Notes: generated by a model not told the origin, from the letters alone. 64,000 bases of DNA from Octopus vulgaris (GCA_951406725.2 OX597821.1:40548001-40612000), one strand, 5' to 3'; positions 26,141-39,597 are shown, counted from the stretch's first letter. Made by a program: numbers and translations.

Positions 26141-27400
26141 GTAATTTAGAGACTATTTTGTGTTCAAGTTGTGCATGAAGGATAAAACAGTTTGATCCTC
26201 CAAGTTGTACAAGAAAAGGAGGATAGGGATCCTTACAGCTGTGAGTTATCTCCTCATTTTCCCTTATTGGTATCTAAGAGAAATAGCAGGATGGCTATAG
26301 TAGCAGTTGGAAAAGTGAAATAGCTGGCATTTTAGGGTAGCAGACTTCTAATTCAAACATAACAAGTTCAAATCCCCTGAGGATTTTCCCCTTATATATT
26401 TGATCAAAGCATCTAAATTCAAAATTCCTTTGGGTCACTTACTTACAAAGAACAGATGCTTACTTATAAGGAAATATTAGCTGTGATTGACTAAATTTTA
26501 TCTTATATGTCACGTATAATATTTCTTATCTGTTTTTTACTATTGAGCCAAATTTTGGATATATCCACTGTGAGAATTTTAGTAAATTGACTTTGATGTT
26601 GGGGGCAGCACTCCAAGCTCAAGATTTGAACTGTCAATTCTTCTGTTTATAATCCAACATAATGTCATCTGATCTAGCTGCAAATCTAACAGACTGGAAT
26701 ACAACAAATTATTATACAGTCTACTCAAATATATCTGGCTGTTCTTACAGAAAAAAAAAATGTTTAAAAAAATTACTCGTTAGTCAAACACAATATAGTA
26801 ACTGGTTCATTTCATATCTGTGAAAATCAATCAAAGCAGAAAAAAAACCCAAAAACAAAAACAAAAATAAAAACAAAAGCAAAAACGAAACAGAAAGAAA
26901 GGAAAAAGGAATTTATCTTTGTGTTGGAACACCACTGGAATACAAATTTGAATTTCTCGGACTTTATAGATATTTTGAAGTGTATGGTATATATTCTTTT
27001 ATTTTGTCTTTCATTTTTGTCAATAAAATATCTCTTAATTCAATTTTATGTTCTACAACAAATTATTTATTTCCCTTCAATAACTAGCATCACTATTATA
27101 TTAAGATTGCTGGGAAAATATACAAGTTTTGTCGTTGAAGTTTTCTTTTTACCTTGTTTTGTTTTCTATTTTCTTCAACTTCAAACTGCTTAATTCTTAT
27201 ACATTCAACTTCATATGTTTTCTATCTTAATTATAATGCAGATATATTCAGGATGTTTTCATACATAGCAGCAACAGCAACAGCAGCAGCTGCAGCAGCA
27301 AATTGCTTTTTCAACTCAAATTTTACAACATCTTTTCACACATCTTAAACTTATATTTAACTCTATCTTACTATAATATACATATATGTATGTGTGGGTG

Positions 27401-27439
<39 letters not shown>

Positions 27440-28216
27440 ATTGTATTTTATTTTATTTGTTTTTATTTTATCTAGTTTCAGCTGTGGCCATGCTGGGGCA
27501 CCGCAATTATATATACATATAAGCTTTCTACTATAGGCACAAGGCCTGTAGTTATTGGGGAGGGAGTCTACTTGATTTTATTGACCCCAGTACTCAACTG
27601 GTACTTATTTTATCAACCTTAAAAGGGTGAAAGGTAAAGTTGGTCTCAGCAACATTTGGACTCAGAATGTAACAAGTGAAATGCTGCTGAGCCTTTGGCT
27701 CAGTGTGTCGATGAGTCTGCCAGCTCACTGCCTGTATATACATATGTCCTAGGTATAACTTTGAACTGCATCCAGTGGTGGGTCTCTGGTTCAGGTATTC
27801 CTGGCTTTTAAAAAGCATGGAATCACCTCTTAGACACATTTTCCAGGTCTGCTCTGACTAGGAGTAGCAATACTTGCCAGGGTTCCAGTTATGGGTTAAC
27901 TAAATTATGAATGATAGGACATAGAACTACTCAGGTGGTTGTCCAAGGGTAGAGTGAGCCCACTGGGAGTGAGAGACCCATGTTCTTTGTTAAGGCATCC
28001 CTCGTGGAGAAGGCTAACTCATGTATAAAACCATCTGCTCTACTGAGCTGGATATCTTGCACTTTGCTTGTCTCTGAGCTTCTTTGGTATTGATAGTGAA
28101 AGTTGTTGAGGTGTTGTGCGAGCCATACTCAACTTAAAACCCATGCACAGGCATTGCTGACATTAAACAATTGTCAGCATTAAAAAATTGTCAGCAATGG
28201 AGTAGATAGCCGTCAT

Positions 28217-28248
28217 CATACATATACATACACACATACATACATACA

Positions 28249-28282
<34 letters not shown>

Positions 28283-28321
28283 CATACATACATACATACA
28301 TACATACATACATACATACAT
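28217..28321. repeat. (CATA)n microsatellite
   Basis: Directly visible; lies at the 3' end of the minus-strand LINE fragment. Confidence 0.95.
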
Positions 28322-28322
28322 A

Positions 28323-28630
28323 GTGGTTGTCTACATACCTTATGCAAAGTCCTCTACCTACACCTTAGAACCATCATGGCATCTGATCAGGCATTTTAAA
28401 CCAGACAATGTTCTGAAAAGACACCCACATAGATTGCACATCCGATTTGGACCACCAAGAGCTTCAGTTCTAATCTTTATGGATCTTAAAATGCCTTTTG
28501 AGGCCTCCGTTAGATTTGCAAACTTTCTGGTATACATTGCATTCAAAGGTGTGCACAGACATACAGGTAGAATAGTTGGTGGAGGTTCATTCTCCATGGG
28601 TTCGCAAATGACATTTCAGCCCAGCAAAAG
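28323..28630 (-). mobile_element. RTE-type LINE 3' end
   Basis: C-terminal CNLCGCLFRTLSGLKCLIRCH resembles the RTE C-x2-C..F....GL..H.R.H finger; short 3' UTR then (TATG)n tail. Confidence 0.6.
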
Positions 28631-28674
28631 AAAAGCATACATACATACATACATACATATATACATATACATAC

Positions 28675-28870
28675 AACCACATTACAAGTTCAGGTTTATA
28701 CCTGTAATTATTAGGGCTCTGGGATATGTAACACGCTGCCTAGATATTAATCTTGAGAAAATAGGCTTCTCAAAACTAGAAAGGAGGAAGCTGATTTGAA
28801 GGCAACAGATCCACTCCATCACTGGAACCGTAAAAGTCTGTAAAAATTTCCAGAAGTTTATCATTTAAAT
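28675..28870 (+). mobile_element. RLE-type (R2/R4-group) LINE 3' fragment
   Basis: YKFRFIPVIIRALGYVTRCLDINLEKIG..SITGTVKVCKNF matches the restriction-like endonuclease C-terminus (P[VI]IIGALG..LQ...GT); embedded in (TACA)n. Confidence 0.7.
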
Positions 28871-29299
28871 ATATATGCACATGTCTAGATATGTAATTAT
28901 ATGCACGAGAATGCATGCATAAAACAAATATGCAAATCTGCACACATACATAGATACATACATACATACATACATAGATACATACATACATACATACATA
29001 CATACATACACACATACATACATGCATGCATGCATGCATACATACATACATACATACATACATACACACATACACATATGCACACACTCACACACATGAA
29101 GCAAAGGCTAAATATCCAACACTCCCCTTGAATAGTTGTTTGATCTGTCATGGCGCCAGGTGATTGAGCCTTGCTTTCATGATGTCATTTCTATGGACCA
29201 GATATACAGAGCAGCAAAATAATACAATATCTTATCCTCCTCAGAAATGGCTTCCTGGTATTTGAACTCTCAAACTGAAGATTAGTTGTCCTTTACATA

Positions 29300-29412
29300 A
29301 GGTTCAGTCCCACTGCATGGCACCTTGGGCAAGTGCCTTCTACTACAGCCTCGGGCTGACCAAAGCCTTGTGAATGGATTTAGTAGATGGACACTGAAAG
29401 AAGCCCGTCGTG

Positions 29413-29445
<33 letters not shown>

Positions 29446-29650
29446 ATATGTTTGTGTGTGTGTGTCCCCAACATCACTTGACATTGATGCTGGTGTGTTT
29501 ACACCCCCGTGACCTAGCGGTTCAGCAAAAAGAGACCAATTGAATAAGTACTAGCCTTACAAAGAATAAGTCCTGGGGTTGATTCGCGTGACTAAAGGTG
29601 TTGCTCCAGCATGGCCACAGTCAAAAATGAATGAAACGAATAAAAGAATA
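29300..29650 (+). mobile_element. SINE family A, 5'-truncated
   Basis: Starts at GGTTCAGTCCCACTGCATGGCACCTTGGGCAAG; body and tail as in the other copies. Confidence 0.88.
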
Positions 29651-30027
29651 CAACAAATGTACTGCAGGAAATTTCAAGTCATAGCCTTATAGACTCTTCA
29701 GCATTAAATTCACACAGACATTATTACACACACAGACACACACACACACACACACACACACTTACCTGTTACAGTCATTGGGCTGCAGCCATGCTGTGGG
29801 AGTCCCTCGGAGGGCTTAGTCAAATAAATCAGCTGCAGTTCCTCTTTTGTAGGTTTGGTATTTGGTGGTGGTGGTGGTGATATTGATGGTGCTTGTGATG
29901 GTGGTGGGGAAAAAACAGCAGTGGGGAGGGGGTAGTGGTGATGATGGTGATGATGCTGTTTGAGAACAACAACAATGATGACATGCATGATACAACGCAA
30001 ATCTATTGAACATTTCTTTCCCCACAT

Positions 30028-30063
<36 letters not shown>

Positions 30064-30123
30064 AGTGTGTGTGTGTGTGTGTACATGTATATACATACAT
30101 ATATATGTGTATATATATATATG

Positions 30124-30166
<43 letters not shown>

Positions 30167-31669
30167 GTGCATATGTATGTACGCACACGCACACACACAC
30201 ATATATACACACACAAGATCCTCTGAAATAATATTGGCAGAAAAAGAAAGTAAAATTATTGGGAGATTTCAAAGTGGAGTCACACCCTAGTGTTTTTTTT
30301 TTTTTTTTTTTTGTTTAAACTATCATACAACTCTTCCATACTGATATATGCAGTGAGAAACACATACACACAATGGAACATATATACACACACACATATT
30401 TGATGCATTTGTGTTCTTCTCCTCTCTGACAATGTATTGATAGAAAACTTGAACCGGCTGTCATTTTACATCTCATGGGAGAGATTTTATTCAACTGACA
30501 AGCTGAGTTATCACATATAGAAAAGGACATTTTCATACGGGGGTATGAAGAATAGAGATAAGTTTTGGGCTGAAATTTCTGTAAAAATCTCTTTATTGTT
30601 GGCTTAGCTGATGTGATTGTAAAATATGAACAATGAGGCAATGCACCGGATCACAGGCTCAAATCCTGCCAAGGGTAGTCAACTGTGTGCATGGCAAAGA
30701 AACCTAATTATTAACGACCTGTTTCTCTTAGCTGTGTTTGTTGTTGTTGTTTAGTGCTAGTTCAGCCCAGTCCTGACAGTATAGCTTTATGATCAGAGAC
30801 ATTCCAGACATGGCCATTTCTACTTTGCATTTACCACAGTGTATCTAGGACATTATTATTCAAAATGTTTCTTGTCTCTTTACCAATTGATACAAGTGTA
30901 ATTGAAGGAAATTTGGTTGTTATTTTTACTAGATCCAACAACAATACAGAAATTTTCTTGTTGGTTTACATGTACATATGTAGTTTTTGTTGCATCTGGT
31001 CAACCTTAAGTGAGCCTTGATGGAGCAGATCTTGGCTGAATAGAATTCCAAGCAGAATCCAAGATCTCGTTAATCAGTGTGTTCTTTTCTAAAAACAACA
31101 GGATAAAATTTCCGGAAGATTCGGCTGCTATTTCTTGCATGTTGAGCTCCTACATGGCATCACCCTCATTGTATCATACATTGTTTCACTTTGCTGCACT
31201 TGGTCCCTGAAACAGTGGTCCCAACACTTTCACTAACAAGAGTCCCTTTTATTTGAAGGACGTTCCCTTCAGTCTCCAAGCGATTGAAAGGTCCTCATCT
31301 TCATCATCACCATTTAGCATCCATTTCCCGTGGTTTGCCTGGAACTGGTAAGCCAGGAAGCTGCACCAGGCCCCAATCATCTGTTTTGGCTAAGTTTCTA
31401 TGGCCGGATGCCCTTCCTAATGCCAACCACTCCATAAAGTGTACAGGGTGTCTTAAACGTGTCACCAGCACTGGTGCCTATTACATGTCACTGGTACAGA
31501 TGCCTCTTACGCATCATTAGCATTAGCATTGATGCCTTTTACATGTTGCAGGCAGTGACAGCTGAGTGGACTGGAGGACAAAATGAAATAAAGTGTCTTG
31601 CTCAAGAAGACAGCACACAGTCTGAGAATCAAACACACAACCTCATGATTGTGAGCCTGACACTCTAAC

Positions 31670-31713
<44 letters not shown>

Positions 31714-31837
31714 TGTGTGTGTGTGTGTGTGTGTTTGTATTTGTGTTTGTCCCTCATCAACGCTTTACAACAGGTGTTGGTTTGTTTATGTCCTCCTAAT
31801 TTAGTGGTTTGGCAAAACAATGACAGAATAAGTACTA

Positions 31838-32003
31838 TTATTTATATTATTTACATTTGACGGATATTTGTCCTCATCTTGTCTGTTGTTAACACAACGT
31901 TTCAGCTGATATACCTTCCAGCCTTCATCAGGTGTCTTGGGAAAATTTCGAACCTGGGTTCTCATTTCTAAGGTATTTTTTGATATTGTTATTATTATTA
32001 TTA

Positions 32004-32050
<47 letters not shown>

Positions 32051-32117
32051 GTTCAGGTCATTGCTTAGAATCGAACTCGGAATTTTGGGGTTAGTAGCCC
32101 GCACTCTTAACCACTAT
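31838..32117 (-). mobile_element. tRNA-headed element carrying an intact hammerhead motif
   Basis: Minus strand: TAGTGGTTAAGAGTGCGGGCTACTAACCCC..GAGTTCGATTC (tRNA-like), then (AAT)n, HHR, and a 3' tail shared with 61273-61405. Confidence 0.75.
31891..31936 (-). ncRNA. Minimal type-I hammerhead ribozyme motif, canonical core
   Basis: GACAC CTGATGA aGGCTG gaaggtatat CAGCT GAAA CG TT GTGTT: CUGAUGA/GAAA core, stem I GACAC/GTGTT, stem II GGCTG/CAGCT, palindromic stem III AACGTT, GUU triplet. Confidence 0.8.
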
Positions 32118-32149
32118 TTGAAACCAGTATATACATGATACAGTATACA

Positions 32150-32487
32150 TGAAAGATGTGCTGGTGGCATGCAATAAGCACCATTCATGTGTGGGTTGTT
32201 TCCAGTGCCACCTGACTGGTTCCCCATGCTGATGGCATGTAAAAAGCACCATCTGAATGTGATCAAGGCCACCACCCCCTGCCCCAACCGGCTCCCGTGC
32301 TGGTAGCACGTAAAAAGCACCCATTACACTCTTGGAGTGGTTGGCATTAGGAAGAGCATCCAGCTGTAGAAACTTTGCCAGATCAGATTGGAGCCTGGTG
32401 CGGCCTCCAGGCTTGCCAGTTTCCCAGTTAAACCATCCAACCCATGCCATCATGGAAAACGGACGTTAAACGATGATGATGATGATG
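32150..32487 (+). mobile_element. Retroposon family C, three internal units
   Basis: Ends GGACGTTAAACGATGATGATG. Confidence 0.85.
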
Positions 32488-32662
32488 TTACCAAACCAAA
32501 CTTAGTTGTCTGTAATTGCTGGCTGTACTGAGGGTGGGGTAGCAGTGATGATGGGAGGAGGATTAGTAGCAGTAGTAGTGGCGGTGGTGGTGGTGTGGCT
32601 GTAAAATAGTTGTAAATGTGGTGGCATTGTGGGTGTTGTGGTGATGGTAGTGGTGATGCTTT

Positions 32663-32882
32663 GGTGAGCTGGCAGAAGCGTTAGCACACCAGGCGAAATA
32701 CTTTGCGGTATTTCATCTGTCGCAACGTTGTGAGTTCAAATTTTGCCGAGGTCGACTTTGCCTTTCTTCCTTTCAGGGTTGATAAATTAAGTACCAGTTA
32801 CACACTGTAATCGACTTAATACCTATGTCTGTCCTTGTTTGTCCCCTCTATGTTTAGCCCCTTTTGAGCAATAAAGAAATAA
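32663..32882 (+). mobile_element. SINE family B
   Basis: High similarity to 22701-22934. Confidence 0.9.
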
Positions 32883-32974
32883 GTAGTAGTAAAGACAGGA
32901 TTAGTTTTGCGTCACTGTCTTCATCGGTAAATGCTCAGTTTTCAGTTTGAAAGTTCCTCTAAAATAGCAATCAT

Positions 32975-33023
32975 GTATGTGTATGTGTGTGTGTGAGCAT
33001 TGCCTGAATGTATATGTAAACAC

Positions 33024-33057
<34 letters not shown>

Positions 33058-33369
33058 TCTATGTAGGTATGTATGTATTCGTGTATGAATGTGCATATAT
33101 ATGTGTGTGTATTTGCATCTGTAAATGCATGAGGGTACATACATGTGTATGTATGTATGTGTAAGCTTTACATGAATGTATATGCATACGCTGAGTGTGT
33201 GTTTGTGTGGGTGTGTTTTTGTGTGTGTTTATGTGTGTGTGTGCTTTTGTATATGTATGTGTGTCTATAAGTGTGTTTGTGTGTGTGTGTTTGTGTTTCT
33301 GCGTGTGTGTTTGTGTTTTTGTGTGTATGTATTTTTTTGTATGTGTGTGTGTGTGTTTGTGTGTCTGCA

Positions 33370-33425
<56 letters not shown>

Positions 33426-33442
33426 TGTGTGTGTTTGTGTGT
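32975..33442. repeat. Imperfect (GT)n tract
   Basis: Directly visible. Confidence 0.95.
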
Positions 33443-34009
33443 ACATGTAGCTTTTATTTTTGTGTCTTACTAAAAAAAAAGCTGAAATTGCTCACTGCAG
33501 TTTTCTTTTGGAAATGTGTGGAGTACGATTTAGATTTCTTTGTTTTCTCTTAAACATCAAATGCCTGTCTTAAAGTCAGATTGGTATCAATTTTCCTTAA
33601 AAGGAATCCATATAAAAATTGCGCAATATGCCAGATAACAAAACTTGGAACAAGAGTGAAATCCTTTAAATATTTTTTAAGCAGAAAAGCTAACATTTCA
33701 CAAAAGTTGGCCATGTACTCAGTGCTTTCCTCCAAAACCGACATTTCAGATGAAAGACAAAAATTAAAAGAGATAAGATCAAAGAATAAAGACAAAACGA
33801 CATCTAAAATATATGAAATGCATATTACAAATCTATTTAGCTGCAAAACATACACTGAAGACCCCAAAAAATTAAACTCAGCTTACTTGTAAATTAGTAA
33901 AGTGTTAAGATGTGCTAATGAGGTGAGCGCAATAACTTTAATTATTCAAGCCTGTTAAAATCTGAAGGAGAGGTAACCTAGCAATGCATCAGTTATGATG
34001 ATGAGGCTG

Positions 34010-34285
34010 CCACGTGATCCGATCAATGGAACAGCCTGCTCATGAGATTAATTTGTAAGTGGCTGAGTACTCCACAGACAGGCACATCTTTAACATTGCT
34101 CTCAGGAGGATTCAGTAAGACACAGAATGTGACAAGGCTGGACCCTTTTGAAATACAGGTATGGCTCATTTTTGCCAGCTGAAATGGACTAGAGCGATGT
34201 GGAATAAAATGTCTTGTTCAAGAACACAACGTACTGCCACAAATTAAACTCATGACCTTACGATCATGAGCCAGACTCCCTAACC
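34010..34285 (-). mobile_element. tRNA-derived SINE family D-related copy
   Basis: Minus head ..TAATGGTTAGGGAGTCTGGCTCATGATCGTAAGGTCATGAGTTTAAT..GTTGTGTTCTTGAACAAGACA, as at 38678, 31560-31672 and 58760. Confidence 0.75.
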
Positions 34286-34679
34286 ATTAAGACACCGGTC
34301 TTCACAGAAGGTCAGGTGAAGGAACTCTCTGCTGAACAATGTTTCTTGCCTTTTGTCTCGGAGCAAATAACTTCAGCAGGTATTTGGTGGTAGCAGAAAT
34401 TTTACGTTAGTTCAAAGGGTCAAATGAAAAAATAAAGCGAGAAAAAAGGAAAAACTTATTAAAGATTATTAGATTCTTTCTCATGAAAACTGATTTAAGC
34501 TGATAAAATTTTCTCTTCAGGAAATACATGAACTGGTATGCAAAAGAAGACGAAAAGAAGCAACAATTTTTTTGTAAAGATACATTAGTTTGGGCTTTTT
34601 TTTACTTTTTCTATATCTTTATTGATATTTTTGACTGCTTTTATCTTAATGCTGGAAAATATAAGGGAATAAGCACCAA

Positions 34680-34980
34680 CTGATCGTCACCGATGCCAGT
34701 ACCCCCTGACTGGCTCCTGTGCCGGTGGCACATAAAAAGCACCATCCAAACGTGATCATTGCCAGGCCCACATTACTGGCTCCTGTGCTGGTGGCATGTA
34801 AAAAGTACTATACCCACCATACTCTTGGGGTGGTTGGCATTAGGAAAGGCATCCAGCTGTAAAATCTCTGCCTGACTAGATTGGAGTCTGGTACAGCTGC
34901 TGGCTCTCCAGACCTCAGCCAAACCATTCAATCCATGCCAGCATGGAAAACAGACGTTAAATGATGATGATGATGATGAT
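34680..34980 (+). mobile_element. Retroposon family C
   Basis: Internal units plus conserved 3' block and (GAT)n tail. Confidence 0.85.
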
Positions 34981-35356
34981 AACGATGATATATATATTTA
35001 TATACACACCTATATACATATATATACACACACACCAATATATATATATATATATATGCCACCTTGTGTGAGTGTTTTCTGCTATAGACTCAGGCTGACC
35101 AAAGCCGTTCAGGTGGATTTGGTAGATAGAAATTGAAAGAAGCCCATCATCTACATATATATATATGTAAGAGCAGTGACATGACCACCTCTGCTGACCC
35201 ATGAATGGGAGGGTGTTACGGTTCAGGATCAAAACAACCAATGAACATTGGATATCGCCTGACGACATCTGTTCCTCCTGGCCAAGGCTCCATTCACTCT
35301 GGTGAATGGATAAAGCACCTCTTTGTAGGTGTTATTAAAATGCACACACATACATG

Positions 35357-35407
<51 letters not shown>

Positions 35408-35801
35408 ATAAATTAGGAAGTAAGATTGGAATAATATTCCCTCAGAGTATTATATATGTATATATATATATATGTATATATATATATGTAAATATATGTA
35501 TATACATATATATATATTCTTTATAATCACAAATTTTGAAACAAAGTTGTGTTTGTAGTGATGTGAATATTGATAATAATGGCTGATAATATTTGTGGTG
35601 TTGATAATGATTGAATAGTCCATGAATCTCTCTTGAACAACAACATCCAACCAATTTATTCAGCATATTAATCAACAAAGTTTTCCATTCTTTAATATAA
35701 ATGAATATCGATTTCTTATAGAATAACAAGACTTCAGATTAAGAAGATGGAATGACATAGTGAAATGTGTGTGTGTTTGTGTGTGTATATGTGTGTGTAC
35801 A

Positions 35802-35840
<39 letters not shown>

Positions 35841-35869
35841 GAACCCTCAAAACAGTGCTACAGTTTTAA

Positions 35870-36122
35870 CCTTTTGTTACCATATTTCTAATGAAATTAT
35901 ACTACCTATATGTTTCAATTAATTTTTAAAATAATCAAGAAATTGAAGGATTTAGCATAAAACATCTTTTTGGTTATTAAAGCTGATTTTGGAATATATC
36001 TGAAGAAAATGTTCTTACATAAAATTATGATGGATGGCTTTAATTTAAGATGTGAACATTTAAAACATGGTTTTTGGATCACAGAATCAGAAGCAGTCTC
36101 AGGTGGGCTGGTGTCAAAAGAG
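35870..36122. mobile_element. TTAA-flanked MITE (piggyBac-like)
   Basis: TTAA|CCTTTTGTTACCA ... TGGTGTCAAAAGAG|TTAA. Confidence 0.6.
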
Positions 36123-36584
36123 TTAAGTGAAGCAAAAGATGCTCAGCTGGGAATCAAAATTAGATTTAGATCTCCCTCGACAGAACACAATTTGGTATTT
36201 TCGTTGTTTTAAGAATACTATTAGTCTAACAATTATGTGAAAAATTTGTTAGCGAAAGAAAAGGACAGTTGAAATCTCAGCCGTTTCAGAGTTAAAGTAT
36301 GGCAGACTCAAGAGAGAAAAGACACAACTCAGTTGTAGAATTTGTTGATCAATGACAACTTGTTTGGCAGGCGCTTAATCTCTCTTATGATTTACTGTAA
36401 GTGTCTGTGTGGCCATCTTCTCTGATATATAGAAGAAGGGCTTTGAGTGATTTAAACAAATATTAGGGTAAAAATACTATACAAAAAATTTTTTTTAAAT
36501 ACAAATAAATGATACTTTTCTTATATATGATATGTCATATGGTCAAAATGGCAAACTCCATAGAGTGTTGGTAAAATACCTTCT

Positions 36585-36818
36585 GGTGGCGAAGTGGCAG
36601 AAACATTAACACGCCGGGCGAAATGCTTATTGGTATTTCGTCTGCCATTATGTTCTGAGTTCAAATTCCACCAAGGTTGACTTTGCCTTTCATTCTTTCG
36701 GGGTCAATTAAATAAGTACCAGATATGCACTGGGGTCGATATAATCAACTTAATCCATTTGTCTGTCCTTGTTTGTCCCCTCTGTGTGTAGCCCCTTGTT
36801 GGGCAGTAAAGAAATAGG
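36585..36818 (+). mobile_element. SINE family B nested in an older B-like SINE
   Basis: Perfect 18-bp TSD GGTAAAATACCTTCTGGT (36570-36587 / 36817-36834); the flanks rejoin into a degenerate B head. Confidence 0.92.
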
Positions 36819-37127
36819 TAAAATACCTTCTGGTATTTGTTCTGAATCTCAAGAATCTGAGGTCAAATTCAACCGAAATGAACTTTACCTTTCATCCTTT
36901 CAAAGTCAGTAAATGAAGTATGGGTCCAGGGTGGAAGTGGCAGAATCACTGGATGAGATGCTTTGTAGTATCTGTTATCACTCTTTCCATTCTCAGTTCA
37001 AATTCCACTAATGGCAAGGATTAATCAGCTGATCACGGGACCACACCTGATTATAAAAGCTGTAATGGGTGGACTGTGGTCATCTGCTACTACAGTTATA
37101 TATGTTGGTAAGATGGCCGAATCATTA

Positions 37128-37470
37128 CATCATCATCATCGTTTAACGTCCGTTTTCTGTGCTAGCATGGGTTGGACGGTTCGACTGGGGTCTGGGAAGC
37201 CAGGTGGCTGCACCAGGCTCCAGTCTGATCTGGCAGTGTTTCTACAGCTGGATGCCCTTCCTAACGCTAACCACTCCGTGAGTGTAGTGGGTGCTTTTTA
37301 CGTACCACTGGCACAGGTGTCGGGTCAGGCTGGCAGCAGCCACGATCGGTTGGTGCTTTTTATGTGCCAACAGCACAAAAGCCAGTCAAGGTGGCGCTGG
37401 CATCAGCCACGTATGGATGGTGCTTTTTATGTGTCACCGGCACAGGCATCACAACTACAATTTCCATTTG
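37128..37470 (-). mobile_element. Retroposon family C, three internal units
   Basis: As 11023. Confidence 0.85.
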
Positions 37471-38029
37471 TCAGAAAAATTCTCTGCAGTTTTTATTTGC
37501 TAGAATTAGTGTAGTGAACAAAATGCTCAGCATCATTTTTCCCCATTTCCCCAGAGCTGAACTCCCCTTCTCATCTTTTTGGAGTTCAATAAAACAAAGT
37601 ACCAGTCAAGCACTGGGGTCAATGTAATTGACCCCCCCACTGCTCAAAAAATTGCTGGCCTCGTGCAAAATGAAAAATTGGACTATCCCCCCCCACCACC
37701 ACCACAAGCAATTTGAGGGGAAGGTGATATTCGATTACATGACACAAGTGTTCAACTCGTACTTCTGAGTTCAAATCCCACCAGGGGTTTTCATCCTTTC
37801 AAGGTTTATAAATTAAGTACCAGTAACACACTGGGGTTAACAGAATTGACTAGTCCCCTCCAGCAAAATCTCAAGCTTTGTGCCAATAGCAGAAATGTTT
37901 ATTGAGAATGGTAGATTGGCTGAATTGTTTGAATGCTGGAAAAAAAAAGAGATTTGCAGTATTTGTTCTGAACCTTTACTTTCTGAGTTCAAATCTCAAT
38001 GAAGGCAACCTTGTAGTTTAACCTTCCAA

Positions 38030-38390
38030 TCCTTTTTTGCAATTCTCATTCTTGGTGACTCCTTCTGGGGTTTGTTCATACCTCATCTTTACTCTTTTTA
38101 GGTCCTGATTTCCTCAGAGCTCCCAGTGGATCATTCTTGCCACATTGTCATGGTGTCTTTTGTATTCACCTTGTGCCAATTTTAGGCATTCGCTAATGAT
38201 GTTCCATACCGTTTCTCCCCTCTCACCACACATTCTACATTTGTCATTATAGGTAGTGTTGTCTATTCCGCACTTCATATAATTGGTCCTTAATGCTTGT
38301 TCCTGAGTTGCACATATGAGTGCTTCAGACTCCATCTTCAGGTCACTCCTCATCCATAGACACTGGTGCTCTGTACCTGCCTTGTCGTTT
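38030..38390 (-). mobile_element. R4/Dong-clade LINE fragment (zinc knuckle)
   Basis: DLKMESEALICATQEQALRTNY..DKCRMCGERGETVWNIISECLKLAQGEYKRHHDNVARMIHWEL corresponds to AAQEQAL, the CCHC knuckle and the RHD motif; abuts (TAA)n. Confidence 0.9.
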
Positions 38391-38427
38391 ATTATCATTA
38401 TTATTATCATTATTATTATTATTATTA

Positions 38428-38485
<58 letters not shown>

Positions 38486-38508
38486 CATCATTATTATTAT
38501 TATTATCA

Positions 38509-38542
<34 letters not shown>

Positions 38543-38553
38543 CATCATCATCA

Positions 38554-38651
<98 letters not shown>

Positions 38652-38674
38652 ATTATTATTATTATTATTATTAT
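38390..38674. repeat. (TTA)n microsatellite
   Basis: Directly visible; similar tracts at 39021-39112, 39412-39606, 40343-40441, 48705-48936 and 60411-60519. Confidence 0.95.
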
Positions 38675-38677
38675 TGT

Positions 38678-39012
38678 GAAGGCACATGGCTCAATGGTTA
38701 GAGCACTGAACTTACAACCGTCAGGTTGTGAGTTTGAATCCTGGACCAGACTGTGTGTTGTGTTCTTGAGCAAGACACTTTATTTCATGTTGCTCCAGTT
38801 CACTCAGCTGTAGATATGAGTTGCGACATCACTGGTGCCAAGCTGTATCGGCCCCTTTGCCTTTCTCTTGGATAACACCAGTGGCGGGGAGAGGGGAGCC
38901 TGGTATGCTTGGGTGACTGCTGGTTTTCCATAAACAACCTTGCCTGGACTTGTGCGTCAGAGGGTAACATTCGAGGTGCAATCCCATGGTCATTCATGAC
39001 CGAAGGGGGTCT
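38678..39012 (+). mobile_element. tRNA-derived SINE family D, full length
   Basis: TGGCTCAATGGTTAGAGC (A box) ..GAGTTTGAATCC (B box), GTGTTGTGTTCTTGAGCAAGACACTT core, ends CATGACCGAAGGGGGTCT. Confidence 0.85.
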
Positions 39013-39064
39013 CCTCCTCTATTATTATTATCATTATTATTATTATTATTATTATTATTACTAC

Positions 39065-39112
<48 letters not shown>

Positions 39113-39556
39113 CAAGGGAGGTTGATTGATAGAATCATTAGTGCATTGGTAAAAATATCATGGAGTATTTGTTCCATCTATTTTGATTCCGAGTTCAAAT
39201 TATGTTGGGTTTCACCTTTGCATTTCATTCCTTAGGGTCACTGAAATAAAGTACCAGTCAAATATTAGGGTCCAGGATATCAACTAAACCCCACTTTCCA
39301 CTCAAAATTTTTGCCTCAATCACTATAATTATTATGTTTTTTTGTTCCTTCTTTCAATTTTGCTTCCATTTCTTGCTGAGTGTCTTTCCAACTCCTAGAG
39401 CAAAGAAGCTCATTATGATTATCATTATTAGTATCATTAGCATTATTATTATTACTATTATTATCATTATTATTATTGTTGTTGTTGTTGTTGTTGTTAT
39501 TATTATCATTATTATTATTACTATTATCATTATTATTATTATTATTATCATCTTCA

Positions 39557-39597
<41 letters not shown>

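Noticed and set aside
32050-32117. Functional tRNA gene (also the heads at 38678, 13183 and 58760)
   Set aside because: No complete cloverleaf or acceptor stem; these are SINE heads continuing into repeat bodies.
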